DNA of 64,000 nucleotides, taken from the NCBI GenBank assembly GCA_965208325.1, contig OZ242326.1:1056001-1120000 (forward strand). Reading direction: 5' to 3'. The position numbers and the translations under genes are program-made. Below are positions 50,107-60,052 of this stretch, piece after piece (the first letter of the stretch is position 1; every line of letters begins with the position of its first letter). The DNA comes from Candidatus Poribacteria bacterium (GTDB lineage: Bacteria > Poribacteria > WGA-4E > PCPOR2b). The notes beneath the pieces are model-generated. The model was not told the origin of the DNA, ran no database searches, and saw only the letters and a list, made by a program, of their open reading frames with translations.

Positions 50107-51528
50107 ATGCGGCGATATAGCATCCAAACCAAAATCATCTTGCCTTTCATGGTGTTCTCTGCCGTCGTTGTTTTCGGTGTAGCGCTCATAACCATGAATC
50201 AGTTCAATCGAATTTACGATGAGCAATTTAGCCGGGAGACTAGAGAATGGTTAAAGGTAATTGTGGGCACCGGTTATATTGACCATCCTAATAAGGTTAA
50301 GGAAGCATACGGTGCAGAGGTTATAGTGTTCAGTTCGCATAATGTCCTAAACGCCACAACGTTGCCGGAGGAATTGTCAGATGAAGAATTGGCTAATTTA
50401 ACCGTGAATATGAAACTCCGCGAAGCCCGAAAACTCATTCAGGAGTCAGACGCCGACCTGGTTATCCAGAATGTGACCGTTGGCGGAATGCCGTACAAAG
50501 CAATTTATTATTTGCTGCCGCATAATCGCCTTTACTGTTTGATGCGTCCAATGGACAAGATTGCCGCGGCAAAACGTCACGCCACGATGTTGATGTTGGG
50601 AATCACAGGCCTTGTCGTCTTATTAGTTGCAATCATCAGCCATTTTATTGGGAAAAATTTAGCAACTCCAATCAAGTCGCTGGTACGGTTCACAAAGCAG
50701 GTTGCCGAGGGTGATTTAGATGGGCAGTGTGAAGTAAAGACGCATGATGAGATTGGCGATTTGGCGACCGCATTTAATCAGATGACCCGCGATTTAAGGA
50801 ATTCTCGAGTTGAACTGATAAGTGCGGAACGTCTGGCTACGGCGGGAAAAATGGCGGCATCTTTTGCGCACGAAATCCGGAATCCGCTTTCATCAATGCG
50901 CATGGTCACCCAAATGTTGTCGCGAAAACAGGAACCAGCGAAGGAGAAACAACAGCAGTCCGTGGCGCATATTTTGGAAGAGATTGAACGGATTGATGTT
51001 ATTGTCAAAGGTTTTATGAATTTTGCGCGTCCAGCTTCGCTTGAACGCGCCCCACACAACCTAAATCAAGCCTTGGAAGCGGTGCTGAACCTCATGGAAG
51101 CCAACCTCAATCACCATCAAATTGCATTGAAAAAAAGATTCGACACCCGCCTTCCCGCTGTTTCGTTCGATTTGGATAAGATTAAACAGGCGTTTATGAA
51201 CATCGTGTTGAACGCCATGGATGCCATGCCTGACGGCGGCAGTCTCACAATCGTAACGTTGCGAGACTCGGACGACGTTCATATTGATGTTGCGGACACA
51301 GGCGGCGGCATCCCGCCAGAAGATTTAAATCGGCTGTTCGAGCCGTTCTTCACAACGAAACCCCAGGGCACAGGGCTTGGACTCGTAAATGCGAAACGGG
51401 TTTTTGAGCAGCATGGCGGGGACATAAAATTCAAGAGTGTCGTTGGAAGCGGCACTACGGTATCTTTGCGGATGCCGCTAACAAACAACAAAACACAGGG
51501 CGTGGAAGAGCGCGAAAAGCCGCATTGA
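50107..51528 (+). CDS. Sensor histidine kinase (2 TM, HAMP, HisKA, HATPase)
   Basis: DEIGDLA HAMP, AHEIRNPL, NIVLNA, DTGGG and FFTTK..GTGLGL. Confidence 0.93.
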   Translation: MRRYSIQTKIILPFMVFSAVVVFGVALITMNQFNRIYDEQFSRETREWLKVIVGTGYIDHPNKVKEAYGAEVIVFSSHNVLNATTLPEELSDEELANLTVNMKLREARKLIQESDADLVIQNVTVGGMPYKAIYYLLPHNRLYCLMRPMDKIAAAKRHATMLMLGITGLVVLLVAIISHFIGKNLATPIKSLVRFTKQVAEGDLDGQCEVKTHDEIGDLATAFNQMTRDLRNSRVELISAERLATAGKMAASFAHEIRNPLSSMRMVTQMLSRKQEPAKEKQQQSVAHILEEIERIDVIVKGFMNFARPASLERAPHNLNQALEAVLNLMEANLNHHQIALKKRFDTRLPAVSFDLDKIKQAFMNIVLNAMDAMPDGGSLTIVTLRDSDDVHIDVADTGGGIPPEDLNRLFEPFFTTKPQGTGLGLVNAKRVFEQHGGDIKFKSVVGSGTTVSLRMPLTNNKTQGVEEREKPH

Positions 51529-51591
51529 GACGGGGCGGCCGCCGAATTCGTAAGCCGCCCAAGAGGCCGCGCCCGCTAAGGTGAGAAATCT

Positions 51592-52212
51592 ATGGTTCAA
51601 CAAAAGGCAACAAATGTCACCTGGTTTGAAGGTATTGTCACGCAGAACGCCAGGGAAAACCTTCTCGATCAGAGTGGGTGCGTGCTCTGGTTCACAGGGC
51701 TTTCCGGATCTGGAAAGTCCACACTTGCCATTGAAGTCGAAAATGTACTGTACCAGCGCGGACATTTAACCTACGTCCTTGATGGTGATAACGTCCGCCA
51801 CGGCTTGAACAAAAATCTCGGCTTTTCACCCGAAGATCGGGCTGAAAATATCCGGCGCATCGGCGAAGTTTCCAGGTTATTTGTCGATGCCGGCGTCATC
51901 GTAATGACAGCTTTCATTTCACCCTACCGCACGGATCGGGATAACGCACGAGCGCTGGTGAGTGAAGGCCGGTTCATTGAAATTTTTGTCGATTGTGCCA
52001 TTGAGGTCTGTGAGGAACGGGACACGAAAGGGCTGTACAAGCGCGCGCGTGCCGGTGAAATCAAGGAATTTACCGGAATCAGCGCTCCCTATGAACCGCC
52101 AATTCATCCGGAAATCACATTAAATACGGACGCACAGAGCATCGCAGAAAGCACAAAACGGGTGCTTGATTTCCTTGAGCAAAAGAACATAGTTCCGGCG
52201 GCCGTGGAATAA
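51592..52212 (+). CDS. cysC: Adenylyl-sulfate kinase
   Basis: WFTGLSGSGKST, LDGDNVRHGL and FTGISAPYE. Confidence 0.96.
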   Translation: MVQQKATNVTWFEGIVTQNARENLLDQSGCVLWFTGLSGSGKSTLAIEVENVLYQRGHLTYVLDGDNVRHGLNKNLGFSPEDRAENIRRIGEVSRLFVDAGVIVMTAFISPYRTDRDNARALVSEGRFIEIFVDCAIEVCEERDTKGLYKRARAGEIKEFTGISAPYEPPIHPEITLNTDAQSIAESTKRVLDFLEQKNIVPAAVE

Positions 52213-52441
52213 CCGCATGTCAATAGCGGGAAGATTTCGGCGGCAAAATTTGAATCGCCGCCAATAAAAAAGGCATCTACGATTGTCACGGCGAATTATT
52301 TTCTGCGCTCCCTTTTTGAGAGCCGCACACGCCGTGCCACGCAGACGCCTTTCAATTGTTCTTTTTCTTTACACGAATCCGTCAGTCCGTTGAGTCCTTC
52401 GACCGAGCGAATGGGTGAGTCAGCGATATTTAAACTGCCGC

Positions 52442-52639
52442 TCAACGATTGTCATAATAGCTGCGGGATTTGAGTTTTCGCTGCCGTTTCAATTCGAGCC
52501 GCCGCCGTTTCTCGCTCGGCTTTTCATAGAAACTGCGCTTCTTGATTTCCGTGACAATACCTGCCTTGCCACACATTTTTTTAAATCGGGCGAGGGCTCT
52601 GTCAAATGTTTCGTCTGGTCCAACCGTAACTTGAATCAT
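52442..52639 (-). CDS. rpsU: 30S ribosomal protein bS21
   Basis: FDRALARFKK and FYEKPSEKRR. Confidence 0.93.
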   Translation of the reverse strand: MIQVTVGPDETFDRALARFKKMCGKAGIVTEIKKRSFYEKPSEKRRRLELKRQRKLKSRSYYDNR

Positions 52640-52784
52640 ATTTTTGTTCTACCCTTCCTTCGATACTCAGCCTTCAGTACCTAGGCGCAATAGCGCAGCA
52701 AATTGTTTTATTTAATAGCCACGCCGTCAGACGACCTAGCACGAAATTCCAAGCTTAAATTTTGTTGTCTACATTAGATGCCAT

Positions 52785-52813
52785 ATTATATCAAATGGTT
52801 CTTATTTTCTCAA
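52785..52813 (-). promoter_or_regulatory. Sigma70 promoter for rpsU
   Basis: TTGAGA-17 nt-TATAAT with TGn. Confidence 0.65.
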
Positions 52814-52923
52814 CACAAAAATCGGCTTCGGAACAAATTTCAAATCTGACCCAAGAGTGCCTTAGCTTCAAAACCCACTCAACTGAGTGCTGAACCACAG
52901 CCTTGGCGGGGGTTGAATCGATA

Positions 52924-53907
52924 ATGAACGCACAGCCGCAAGCGCGCATAGATCTCAATGATATCCAACGTATCTTGATTCTCCGTATGGGACCGCTCGG
53001 CGAGACTATCCTGACGACGCCCGTAATTCGCGCGCTGCGCACCCGTTTCCCAAACGCGTACATGGCTTATATGGTCGCACCGGATCGAGAACAGCTTGTC
53101 TCTGCCAATCCGTATCTCGACGAGGTCATTACGTACGATATATGCGTACCTAAGTTGGTTTATGGTATAATGAAACGGGCGTTTCAGATGGCGGTCGTCC
53201 TACAACCCACGTTTCGCTTGGTGCTGCACACATTCCTTGCGCGCATCCCGTTTCGAGTCGGCTTCGAGACCAACTGTTGCAGCGGAAGATTGCTGCATGT
53301 CGCCGTTCCCAATAACACCGCACAGCACGAAACCAATCGCTATCTTGATGTAGTGCGCGGCATCGGCATCCAGCCGGATAGCGGCGAACCGGAGATGTTC
53401 GTGGATGACCGTGCGCAGCGATGGGCGGACGAATTACTTGTGAACATCGAACTTGATGCTAATCGCCCGCTAATTGGGCTTAACCCGGGCACAGGCTCCG
53501 TTTCGCGTCGTTGGCAAAAAGAGCGGTTTGCGAAGATTGGAAATCTGCTCTATCGGGGACACAATGCACAAATCATAATTACCGGGGGACCTCGTGAAGG
53601 TTCGCTGCCATACGAATTGGCGGATATGATGGGTTGTTCACCGATTGTTCTCACAGGCACAACACCCATGCAACTGGGAGCGGTGATTCAGCGGTGCCGT
53701 CTTTTCATCAGCAACGACACGGGGCCGATGCACATGAGTACCGCGGTAAAAACACCGACAATTGCGCTGTTCGGGTCGTCAAATCCGTCGCGGTGGGGAC
53801 CGTATTGGAATCGACATACAATTATCGCACGAGATAGTATGGACGAAATTGCCGTCAATGACGTGCTGTTAGCAGCTGAGAAACACCTGTCTACGGCCGA
53901 TCGCTAA
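52924..53907 (+). CDS. Glycosyltransferase family 9 (LPS heptosyltransferase-like)
   Basis: ILILRMGPLGE, NPG...RRW and ISNDTGPMH...IALFG. Confidence 0.9.
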   Translation: MNAQPQARIDLNDIQRILILRMGPLGETILTTPVIRALRTRFPNAYMAYMVAPDREQLVSANPYLDEVITYDICVPKLVYGIMKRAFQMAVVLQPTFRLVLHTFLARIPFRVGFETNCCSGRLLHVAVPNNTAQHETNRYLDVVRGIGIQPDSGEPEMFVDDRAQRWADELLVNIELDANRPLIGLNPGTGSVSRRWQKERFAKIGNLLYRGHNAQIIITGGPREGSLPYELADMMGCSPIVLTGTTPMQLGAVIQRCRLFISNDTGPMHMSTAVKTPTIALFGSSNPSRWGPYWNRHTIIARDSMDEIAVNDVLLAAEKHLSTADR

Positions 53908-53937
53908 AGACAAAAGCAACACTAAAAAGGGGATGTC

Positions 53938-55404
53938 ATGCGCACCGCCATCCAAAACCAACCCGAGCAGATTATCGAAAGCCGCCTTATTGAAATTCGG
54001 CGGCGAATGCACTTGAACTCGTTCCTGAGCCATCTCGCGCGTTTTGGGTTCTGGGGGCTTCTCATTGCCGGAATCCTTCTCATCCTCAATCGGCTCTTCC
54101 CGCTGCCGATTCCAGTCAGTCTTGCTGCACCGCTTCCCCTCGCCGTCGGATTCGCCGCAGCGCTGTGCCTTTCCCTGTTGCGCAAATCAAATCTTTTCGC
54201 CGTTGCGCGCGCCGTGGACACCCGTCTAAATCTAAAGGAACGCCTCAGTACCGCGCTTGAAGCCATCCATAGCGCGAAGTCGGACGATAACTTTCTCCGT
54301 TTGCAAATTAAAGATGCAGGAGATGTTGCTCGGGCGATCGACTCGGGGGCGTCCTTTCCGTACACCTCCCCGCCAACGCTCAAGTGGATCCCAATCGCCC
54401 TCTTGCTCATCGCCTCCGCTTTTGTGATTCCTCAAATGTATGAACCGCCGCCTCCGCTGTCCGCAGCCGAGCGCGCAGCCATAAATCAAGCCGCAGAAAC
54501 GCTCGAATCAGAGCGAAACGCGGTTCCCGATACCGACCTCGCGATTAAAATACGGGATACCATCGGAAAATTGCGTCATAGTGACATTAATGCCAATCGG
54601 TCGCAAGCGGAGTTGAGCGCACTGCGTGATGAAATCCGAGCCAAAAAAAGCCTGGTTGAAAGTGGAATAGCTAGACTTGCAAAGGCGGTTTCTGATACGG
54701 ACGAACTGTCCAAACATTTCAAAGGCAACACCGCGGGCGAAATCGCCTCGGACATAGAAAAACTCGCGGCGCAGATGAATGATCTTACGCCCGCACAACG
54801 GGCGGAATTGGAGACGATGCTGAAAAAGATTGCCCAAAGTCTCGGTGATAACCCCGCGATGGAAAATCTGATGAATCTGTTGCCGGAGCTTCAGTCAGAA
54901 GCCGTGAGTGCCGAAATGCTTCAGCGAATCGCGCAGGCACTCCTTCAAAGTACAGATGAAATTGCCCAGTTGGATGAGCTGTTGCAACAAATAAGGACGA
55001 ATCGCCGTAACATTGCGTTAGCCGGTATAGAGTTGGATCGAAAATCACCGAGCGTGGCGGGCGGCGGTAGCGGCTCCGGCGAAGTTTCAGATGCAGCGGA
55101 ATCTCCAGATTCAGTGAGTGGGGCAAAACCCCAGCCGCTCAATCCCCCAACGGACAATCCCTTAACCAATCTCGAACTCACAGCTCCCCCATCCGACTCG
55201 CAGGCGTTTACACAGGTCTACGTTGATGAAGACCCCACCGGCGACGGTGAGCCTACCTACATGCCCTACCGCGAAGTCTATCTCCACGCCCAACAAGCCT
55301 ACGCCCAAGCCATAGAAAGAGATGAAATACCAGTAAAATATCGGGAACAAGTCAAGGCTTACCTAGAAGCCATCGCCAACCTAGATAACAAAGACTCACA
55401 ATAA
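53938..55404 (+). CDS. Membrane-anchored coiled-coil hypothetical protein (DUF4175-like architecture)
   Basis: N-terminal TM helices, LKERLSTALE, long helical region, Gly/Ser linker, C-terminal IPVKYREQVKAYL. Confidence 0.65.
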   Translation: MRTAIQNQPEQIIESRLIEIRRRMHLNSFLSHLARFGFWGLLIAGILLILNRLFPLPIPVSLAAPLPLAVGFAAALCLSLLRKSNLFAVARAVDTRLNLKERLSTALEAIHSAKSDDNFLRLQIKDAGDVARAIDSGASFPYTSPPTLKWIPIALLLIASAFVIPQMYEPPPPLSAAERAAINQAAETLESERNAVPDTDLAIKIRDTIGKLRHSDINANRSQAELSALRDEIRAKKSLVESGIARLAKAVSDTDELSKHFKGNTAGEIASDIEKLAAQMNDLTPAQRAELETMLKKIAQSLGDNPAMENLMNLLPELQSEAVSAEMLQRIAQALLQSTDEIAQLDELLQQIRTNRRNIALAGIELDRKSPSVAGGGSGSGEVSDAAESPDSVSGAKPQPLNPPTDNPLTNLELTAPPSDSQAFTQVYVDEDPTGDGEPTYMPYREVYLHAQQAYAQAIERDEIPVKYREQVKAYLEAIANLDNKDSQ

Positions 55405-55410
55405 TCTCTC

Positions 55411-56924
55411 GTAGGTTCGGTAGGAGCCATCTCCGCATCGCGACCCTCATTTAAAACCGAGTTTTTTCTTCAAAACTCGGTTTTTTAAACGCAACTTTTG
55501 TAGGTTGGGTTAAACGGTGATGACGAAAGAGAGTATATTCGCTGTATGCGATTCAAAATTAGAAAGCGTTTGAAATTTTGATATGATGTAGCGAAACCCA
55601 ACGATCAACTGAGCGAATAGATCGAGCGACCGTATAAGGAGTGCGATAGAACTCTTCGGCGATAGTCTTCAGCATAAAAATCGTGCGACCACCTGATCAT
55701 TTCCTGCTCCCTTAAAAATAGCCCATCATTTAGTCCCACAAATCGCAATTCAGACAATCTTTTTGCGTTCGGTAGGAGCAATCTCCGAATCGCGACCCTC
55801 ATTCAAAACCGAGTTTTTTCTTCAAAACTCGGTTTTTCAAACGCAACTTTTGTAGGTTGGGTAAAGTGGATAATCCCAAGACTGTTCCGACAGCATTAAC
55901 CGTTCAGGACGTTAATCATTGCTCATTGCACATCACGTGTAGCGAAACCCAACGATCAACTGAGCGAATAGCGAAGGCGATAGTCTTCAGCATAAAAAAT
56001 CTTGCGACCGCCTGATGATTTCCTGCTCCCTTAAAAATAGCCCATCATTTAGTCCCACAAGTCACAGTTCAGACAATCTTTTTGCGTTCGGTAGGAGCGA
56101 TCTCCGAATCGCGACCCTTATTTAAAACCGAGTTTTTTCTTCAAATCTCGGTTTTTTAAACGCAGCTTTTGTAGGTTGGGTAGAGCGGATAATCCCATAA
56201 CCGTTCCGATAGCGTTAACCGGTCAGGACGTTAATCATTGCTCATTGCAAATTACGCATAGCGAAACCCAACGTTTTTGAAACCTTTCGACACCGAAAGG
56301 CGGACGCCACCACCAGAACGATGGGAATAACCCTTATTTAAAACCGAGTTTTTTCTTCAAAACTCGGTTTTTTAATCGCAGCTCTTGTAGGTTGGGTAGA
56401 GCGGATAATCCCATAACCGTTCCGATAGCGTTAACCGGTCAGGACGTTAATCATTGCTCATTGCAAATTACGCATAGCGAAACCCAACGATTTTGAAACC
56501 TTTCGACACCTAAAGGCGGACGCCACCACCAGAACGATGGGAATAACCCTTATTTAAAACCGAGTTTTTTCTTCAAAACTCGGTTTTTTAATCGCAGCTC
56601 TTGTAGGTTGGGTAGAGCGGATTATCCCAAAACCGTTCAGATAGCATAAACCGTCCACGACGTTTATCATTGCTCATTGCAAATTACGCATAGCGAAACC
56701 CAACGATTTTGAAACCTTTCGACACCTAAAGGCGGACGCCACCACCAGAACGATGGGAATAACCCTTGTTTAAAACCGAGTTTTTTTCTTCAAAACTCGG
56801 TTTTTTAATCGCAGCTCTTGTAGGTTGGGTAGAGCGGTAATCCCAAAACCGTTCAGATAGCATAAACCGTCCACGACGTTTATCATTGCTCATTGCACAT
56901 TACGCATAGCGAAACCCAACCTAC
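55411..56924. repeat. Six-unit composite REP/BIME-like tandem array
   Basis: Hairpin AAAACCGAGTTTT-TTCTTC-AAAACTCGGTTTT at about 55453, 55805, 56124, 56340, 56556 and 56772 (periods 352, 319, 216, 216, 216). Each is followed by GTAGGTTGGGT...~70 nt...AGCGAAACCCAAC. Confidence 0.92.
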
Positions 56925-56945
56925 AGCATCGCCGCGCAATCCTAT

Positions 56946-56975
56946 TTGCATATAATTTTTACTATATGGTACAAT
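56946..56975 (+). promoter_or_regulatory. Sigma70-type promoter for hsdM
   Basis: TTGCAT-18 nt-TACAAT with TGn. Confidence 0.5.
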
Positions 56976-57023
56976 TCCGAACAATTCATTTCGATCCATC
57001 TTTATATCTTGTGAGGTTTTTCT

Positions 57024-58583
57024 GTGAACACCAACCAATCCGAAATCGAACGGCGGCTGTGGAGCGCCGCCGATGAACTCCGCGCCAATTCACGGCTGCG
57101 GCCGTCTGAATATTCAACGCCGGTTCTCGGTCTAATCTTCCTTCGCTACGCCGACCACAGGTTCACGCAGACAGAATCCGAAATAAACCGCGAACCGACC
57201 GCGGGGCGGCGCAGACGCGCAGACAAAACCGAATTTCAGGCGCGCGGCGCATTCTACCTCCCAGAGACCGCACGATTCAATCATCTCCTAAACCTACCGG
57301 AGAGCGAAAACATCGGGCAAGCGATCAACAACGCCATGAGGGCAATCGAAGAGGAAAACAGACAGGTTGACGGCGTCCTGCCCAAGACCTACAACCGGCT
57401 CGAAAAGGCCACGCTGCTTGAACTGCTCCGCATCATGGAACGTATTCCGATGGACATTGAGGGCGACGCCTTCGGCAAAGTCTACGAATATTTCCTCGGC
57501 AACTTCGCCATGACCGAAGGCGCGCGCGGCGGCGAGTTTTTCACCCCAACCTCGCTCGTTAAGCTAATCGTCGAAATCATCGAACCGTTCCAAGGACGCA
57601 TCCTCGACCCCGCCTGCGGCTCCGGTGGCATGTTCGTCCAGAGCGCCGATTTCGTGCAGCGGCACCGCGAAAACGGTAACGGGCAAATCAGCATCCACGG
57701 AATCGAACGCGTCGCTGAGACTATCCGCCTGTGCAAGATGAACCTCGCCGTCCACGGACTCGAAGGCGACATCAAGCAGGCAAATAGCTACTACGATGAC
57801 GCGCACCGCGCCTTTGAAAAATTCGACTTCGTCATGGCGAATCCCCCCTTCAACGTTGACCGCGTGGACAGGGAACGTATCAAAGACGACCCGCGTTTCC
57901 CGTTCGGCATGCCCCGTGTGGACAACGCCAACTATCTCTGGATTCAACTCTTTTTCAGCACGCTTAACACCTTCGGACGCGCCGGCTTTGTAATGGCGAA
58001 CTCCGCAGCCGACGCCCGCGCCTCAGAGCTGGAAATCCGCCGGCAATTTATCGAATCCCGCGCCGTTGATGTCATGGTCAGCATTGGGTCTAACTTCTTC
58101 TACACCGTTACGCTGCCCTGCACCCTCTGGTTCTTCGACAAGTCGAAAGCGCACGGCGATAGGCGGGATACTGTGTTGTTCATCGATGCCCGCCACATTT
58201 ATCATCAAGTCAGCCGCGCACATCGCGAGTTTACACCCAAACAACTGGAGTTTCTAGCCAACATTGTCCGGCTGCATCGCGGCAAACCGCCCGAAAACCG
58301 GCACGACAGTGCGGAACTGATGGGGTCGAAGTTCACCGATGGCGCGTATGCCGACGTGCCCGGTCTCTGTAAAGTCGCGTCAATTTCGGAAATCGAAGCG
58401 CAAGGCTGGAGCCTCAACCCCGGACGATACGTCGGCGTCGCCGATCGCGAGGCGGATGCCTTCGACTTCGCCGAGCGGTTGGGCGAACTCAACGAGGAAC
58501 TCGAAATCCTGAACGCCGAAGCGCATCAGTTAGAAGAACGTATCGGTGAGAATGTAACCATGATTTTGGAGGAGGCGAGGTAA
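57024..58583 (+). CDS. hsdM: Type I restriction-modification methyltransferase subunit M
   Basis: [23 protein letters not shown] (motif I), ANPPF (motif IV) and SLNPGRYVG. Confidence 0.95.
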   Translation: MNTNQSEIERRLWSAADELRANSRLRPSEYSTPVLGLIFLRYADHRFTQTESEINREPTAGRRRRADKTEFQARGAFYLPETARFNHLLNLPESENIGQAINNAMRAIEEENRQVDGVLPKTYNRLEKATLLELLRIMERIPMDIEGDAFGKVYEYFLGNFAMTEGARGGEFFTPTSLVKLIVEIIEPFQGRILDPACGSGGMFVQSADFVQRHRENGNGQISIHGIERVAETIRLCKMNLAVHGLEGDIKQANSYYDDAHRAFEKFDFVMANPPFNVDRVDRERIKDDPRFPFGMPRVDNANYLWIQLFFSTLNTFGRAGFVMANSAADARASELEIRRQFIESRAVDVMVSIGSNFFYTVTLPCTLWFFDKSKAHGDRRDTVLFIDARHIYHQVSRAHREFTPKQLEFLANIVRLHRGKPPENRHDSAELMGSKFTDGAYADVPGLCKVASISEIEAQGWSLNPGRYVGVADREADAFDFAERLGELNEELEILNAEAHQLEERIGENVTMILEEAR

Positions 58584-58585
58584 GT

Positions 58586-59017
58586 TGTTAGAATCAGGAT
58601 ACTCAGGATAGGAGGATTTTCAGGATGATCGAGGATAAACTGACATATCAAATCATCGGTTGCGCAATGGAAGTACATAAAGCCCTTGGGAACGGTTTTC
58701 AGGAAGTAATTTATCAGCGGTGTCTCGCAATTGAGTTGGACAGGGCTAGGCTCAGTTTTGGTCGAGAGGTGGAGCAACCTATCTTTTATCGGGGTGTTGA
58801 AATAGGAACTAGAAGAGCCGATTTTATTGTCGCCAATCGTGTCGTCGTTGAATTAAAAGCTTTGACTGCCCTTGAGGACGTTCATATTGCACAAGCTAAA
58901 AACTATGTGGTTGCTTACAACTTTGAAATCGGGCTTCTGATTAATTTCGGTGCGATTCGTTTAGAATACAAACGCATATTCAACGATAAAAAGAACCCCG
59001 TGAATCCAAATTCAGAC
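58586..59017. mobile_element. Inverted-repeat-bounded unit carrying a GxxExxY gene
   Basis: Left end TGTTAGAATCAGGATACTCAGGATAGGAGGATTTTCAGGAT; degenerate inverted right end AACCCCGTGAATCCAAATTCAGAC. Confidence 0.55.
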
Positions 59018-59032
59018 GAGGAGCCGAAATGA
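58625..59032 (+). CDS. GxxExxY protein (PD-(D/E)XK nuclease-like)
   Basis: IIGCAMEVHKALGNGFQEVIYQ, RADFIV, VVELKA, QAKNY and GLLINFG. Confidence 0.92.
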   Translation: MIEDKLTYQIIGCAMEVHKALGNGFQEVIYQRCLAIELDRARLSFGREVEQPIFYRGVEIGTRRADFIVANRVVVELKALTALEDVHIAQAKNYVVAYNFEIGLLINFGAIRLEYKRIFNDKKNPVNPNSDEEPK

Positions 59033-59054
59033 TTTCGGACGACGGGGTGTGAAT

Positions 59055-59127
59055 GGTCAGAATCAGGCTACCAGGATACTCAGAATGACGACAGTGACAG
59101 CCAATCCTGTAAATCCTGATTCAGACA
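59055..59127. repeat. Short non-coding copy of the CAGGAT inverted-repeat element
   Basis: GGTCAGAATCAGGCTACCAGGATACTCAGAAT...AATCCTGTAAATCCTGATTCAGACA. Confidence 0.7.
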
Positions 59128-59527
59128 GAATTCTGCAACATTTTAAAAGGAGGCGATGTAAAACCAGAAATATCCAAAATTTTGTGAGGTTTTGTGACAT
59201 ACACGGAAGTTTCGGCAAAACTGATGATCCGCTAAAACCGCATCACAAGCGGATTTTAGCGAATTTTACAAGTCCCATTTTCCACGTCACAGACCGCCTC
59301 ACACATTGTGACAAAGTGTGACGTGAGACTAAAATTATGATAACGCCAAAAATCCGCCGAACCCTTATGATAAGCGGACTAACACGGATTTCACTGATGA
59401 AAAATGATATGTCACACTCAACCTCACATAATGTGACATCGTGTGCGTTTTTGTGACATACGATATTGATGGATAGGCGGGTCACAACCGAGAAAAAATT
59501 ACTACTTCTGTAGAGGAGACTTATAGC

Positions 59528-59814
59528 ATGGATAATGACCGAAAAAAAACACCACCAGCCGCAGCGCTTGTTACGATTCGCAAGTCGCGGCTGTCACCGC
59601 ACGTGCACAAAAGGCGATTGCTGTACTCGACGGGTTGCTCGACAGCGAGGACGAAAAAATCCGCCTTCAAGCCGTTAGTTTACTCCTCAAGTTAACACCT
59701 TCGCTCAAAGAAGCCAATCCTAAATCAACTACGCAGGATTTGAGGGTGTATAGGGAGCTTAGCGATCTTTACAAGCCAATCGGATTGGAGCCCAAATTCC
59801 GCGAAGAAAAATAA
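59528..59814 (+). pseudogene. Small helical hypothetical gene split at an A8 run
   Basis: GAGGAG SD plus ATG 59528. A -1 shift at A8 (59542-59549) opens an 88-codon frame (..AIAVLDGLLDSEDEKIRLQAVSLLLK..) ending at TAA 59814. Confidence 0.45.
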
Positions 59815-59915
59815 AACACAGAGCACCACCCTGAACCCTGCATTTCCCTTAACAACGCGGTCAAGGGTTATGTTCATGTGTTTATAAGGAGGTTCTTGGT
59901 AGGTTGGGGTGCAAA

Positions 59916-60023
59916 TTGTCTGAATCAGGATACTCAGGATTATATGATTTTCAGGATAATAAACGGCAGCGGATAGAAAAACTCCTGTAAATCCTTTAAT
60001 CCGGTAAATCCTGATTCAGACAA
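59916..60023. mobile_element. 108-bp MITE-like element
   Basis: Perfect 16-bp terminal inverted repeats TTGTCTGAATCAGGAT / ATCCTGATTCAGACAA, with internal ~9-bp CAGGAT/ATCCTG subrepeats. Confidence 0.75.
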
Positions 60024-60052
60024 AATGTAACGATGATTTCGGAGTAAGCGGT

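Noticed and set aside
48720..51528. STAS, ECF sigma and kinase as one signalling system
   Set aside because: Orientations are mixed and there is no anti-sigma factor or response regulator, so only proximity links them.
55411..56924. CRISPR array
   Set aside because: Periods are 216-352 bp, the intervening sequences are mostly copies of each other rather than unique spacers, and no cas genes are present.
56124..56924. 216-bp unit as a coding repeat
   Set aside because: The period is divisible by 3, but the ORF track shows no ORF of 60 aa or more and the unit is dominated by palindromes.
59049..59485. ORFs 59049..59321 and 59243..59485
   Set aside because: They are translations of repeat DNA (RILR, NPVNPDSD, VT/CD-rich) with no protein-family features.
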